Positions 62,181-64,000 of a DNA stretch of 64,000 nucleotides are shown here, piece after piece (position 1 is the first letter of the stretch; each line of letters starts with the position of its first letter). This DNA is from Candidatus Bathyarchaeota archaeon (lineage in GTDB: Archaea > Thermoproteota > Bathyarchaeia > TCS64): NCBI GenBank assembly GCA_963771885.1, contig CAVYVF010000007.1, positions 64,001-128,000 on the forward strand. Reading direction: 5' to 3'. The notes under the pieces are model-generated. The model saw only the letters and a list, made by a program, of their open reading frames with translations. It had not been told where the DNA came from and did no database searches. The translations under genes and the position numbers were made by a program.

Positions 62181-63722
62181 ATGCCAAGCAACGAGTTCTA
62201 TCTGAGCCAGTTCCAGGCAAGGAGCAAGATCAACCCCCCGAAGCGAGTAATCATCTTCGACACGTCGATGAGGGATGGAGAGCAGACCCCAGGCGTGACA
62301 TACACGAATGACGAGAAGATCGAGATAGCGCGCAAGCTCGACGAGCTCGGAGTGCCCAAGATCGAGGCGAGCTTCGCCATCTCGAGCGAGGGCGAGGCCG
62401 AGGCGACTAAGAAGATACAGAAGCTCGGCTTAACCAGCTTGATAACTACGCTCGCAAGACCCCTAAAGGAGGATATCGACAAAGCTCTCTGGTGTGACGT
62501 ACCTTATGTTCACATATTCATCAGCACGAGTGACTTGCACATCCAGACGATGATGAAGACGACCCGGGAGGAGGTTCTTAGACAGAGCGTCGAGGGCATC
62601 GAATACGCCCGAGACCACGGGCTTCGAGTCGAGTACAGTCCACAGGACGCGACGCGCACGGACATGGATTACTTGATCGAGATATGCAAGGCTGCGGAGG
62701 ACGCCGGAGCGGAGATGCTGAACATTCCCGACACAGTCGGCGTCATGACGCCCCGCATGACATTCGAATTCTTCAGCGAGCTGAAGAAGCACGTGAAGAC
62801 TCCCCTAAGCGCTCACGCTCACAACGACCTCGGGCAGGCGGTTGCGAACACACTCGCCGCCATCGAGGCGGGTGCCGAGCAGGCTCATGTCACAATCAAC
62901 GGTCTCGGCGAGCGCGCGGGCAACGCGAGTCTGGAGCAGGTCGCGGTCTGCCTTGAGAGCCAGTACAGGATACCCACGGGCATAAACTTCGGCAAGATCG
63001 CCGAGGTATCCGAGATGATACAGCACTACAGCGGCATCTACCTCCCGCCAACGACGCCCATCGTCGGCGACAACGCCTTCGCCCACGAGTCCGGCATCCA
63101 CGTCCACGGCCTCCTAGCACACAGCGGCAACTACGAGATACTGAGCCCCGAGTTTGTGGGCAAGAAGCGCCGTATCGTGGCTGGTAAGCACGCTGGGCGC
63201 CACGGTATCGGCAGCATGGTCGAGGGCATGGGCTTCCGCCCGAGCAAGGATCAGTTAAAGCTCATCGCGGAGGCTGTGAAGGCACTGGGTGACTCGGGTA
63301 AGAGTGTAACAGACACCGACCTCTACGCCATAACGAAGAATATCATGAACATCAAGGGCGAGGAACGCGTAAAGCTCAAGGAGCTAGTCGTGGTGACAGG
63401 AAACACGGTCACGCCGACCGCCTCGGCAATCCTAATCATCGACGGCAAGGAATACGCAGGCGCCAGTATTGGAAACGGCCCCATAGACGCCGCCGTAAAA
63501 GCCCTCACAAACGTCGAGAAGGGCTTCCGCGACATGAGCCTCGAGAAGTTCAACATGAAAGCCATCACGGGAGGCACAAACGCAGTTGCCGACGTCACTG
63601 TGAGCATGCGCCGCAACGGGCGCCACGTCACCGCGAGCAGCGTCAGCGGAGACACCGTCATGGCGAGCGTCGAAGCAATCCTCAAAGGCATGAACAGGCT
63701 GCTGGAGACCGAAGAAGAATGA
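62181..63722 (+). CDS. leuA: 2-isopropylmalate synthase / citramalate synthase family with C-terminal regulatory domain
   Basis: DTSMRDGEQ, HAHNDLG, GERAGNA, AFAHESGIH, GNGPIDA. Confidence 0.8.
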   Translation: MPSNEFYLSQFQARSKINPPKRVIIFDTSMRDGEQTPGVTYTNDEKIEIARKLDELGVPKIEASFAISSEGEAEATKKIQKLGLTSLITTLARPLKEDIDKALWCDVPYVHIFISTSDLHIQTMMKTTREEVLRQSVEGIEYARDHGLRVEYSPQDATRTDMDYLIEICKAAEDAGAEMLNIPDTVGVMTPRMTFEFFSELKKHVKTPLSAHAHNDLGQAVANTLAAIEAGAEQAHVTINGLGERAGNASLEQVAVCLESQYRIPTGINFGKIAEVSEMIQHYSGIYLPPTTPIVGDNAFAHESGIHVHGLLAHSGNYEILSPEFVGKKRRIVAGKHAGRHGIGSMVEGMGFRPSKDQLKLIAEAVKALGDSGKSVTDTDLYAITKNIMNIKGEERVKLKELVVVTGNTVTPTASAILIIDGKEYAGASIGNGPIDAAVKALTNVEKGFRDMSLEKFNMKAITGGTNAVADVTVSMRRNGRHVTASSVSGDTVMASVEAILKGMNRLLETEEE

Positions 63723-64000
63723 GCCAGACAGTAAGCCAAAAGATACTTGCTGACCACGCTGGATTGAAGAGCGTCGAACCCGGCGAGATAGTAAAAGCGA
63801 AGATAGATATTGCGATGGCCCCCGACCTCACCGCCGTCATCGCGTACCATGCGATGAAGGAGATGGGCCTCAAGAAGGTCTGGGATAAGAACAAGGTCGT
63901 CTTCCTTAACGACCATATCTCCCCCGCTACGAACGTGCAGAACGCGACGCTTCACAAGCAGTGCAGGGAGATAGCCAAAACGGAGGACTTTACATTCTTC
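63719..64000 (+). CDS. leuC: 3-isopropylmalate dehydratase/homoaconitase large subunit, 5' part (truncated by window)
   Basis: MSQTVSQKILADHAG...PGEIV...VWD...DHISPA; overlaps leuA stop. Confidence 0.8.
   Translation, partial: MSQTVSQKILADHAGLKSVEPGEIVKAKIDIAMAPDLTAVIAYHAMKEMGLKKVWDKNKVVFLNDHISPATNVQNATLHKQCREIAKTEDFTFF

Noticed and set aside
1..64000. Many split genes (hyfB, Ehr small subunit, peptidase, FGGY kinase, GNAT, radical SAM, psmB) as programmed frameshifts or mass pseudogenisation
   Set aside because: Indels are scattered across unrelated, otherwise intact genes, often at short homopolymer or dinucleotide runs, with no shared slippery motif. This pattern fits long-read assembly error best.
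1..64000. CRISPR arrays, IS elements, rRNA, and the many antisense or overlapping ORFs in the track
   Set aside because: No regularly spaced repeats, transposase motifs or rRNA signatures were seen. The shadow ORFs overlap well-supported genes and reflect GC-rich codon bias.

Overview
Archaeal chromosomal window. The gene content (proteasome beta subunit, archaeal TATA-type upstream regions, stand-alone ADP-forming acyl-CoA synthetase beta subunit, TIGR04084-like radical SAM) suggests Bathyarchaeia or a related TACK lineage; this assignment is inference. About a dozen genes are split by 1-nt indels, most likely long-read errors. Main content: (i) a six-gene Ehr/Hyf-like membrane complex whose large subunit lacks NiFe cysteines and whose small subunit has lost all four canonical Fe-S cysteines (three to Asp, one to Pro); (ii) a HydC/HydB/HydA-N (NuoEFG-like) diaphorase operon coupled to an intact HdrB, with an HdrC-like tail on the third subunit and no HdrA, a candidate new NAD(H)/ferredoxin-linked disulfide reductase; (iii) a GH172 + FucI-type isomerase + FGGY kinase operon, a candidate D-arabinofuranoside catabolic pathway; (iv) KorAB, LpdA, a thrB-thrC-lysC-asd operon, leuA/leuC-like genes, KimA-like and CPA2 transporters, ArsB, and MarR with a heterodimeric ABC exporter; (v) three intron-less tRNAs (Ala-CGC, Phe-GAA, Val-GAC). 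Also seen: a 33-aa C2H2 zinc-finger microprotein, two candidate operator palindromes, and a structured intergenic element with a partial hammerhead-like core. No CRISPR array, rRNA or transposase was seen. All calls come from reading motifs by eye; no database searches were run.
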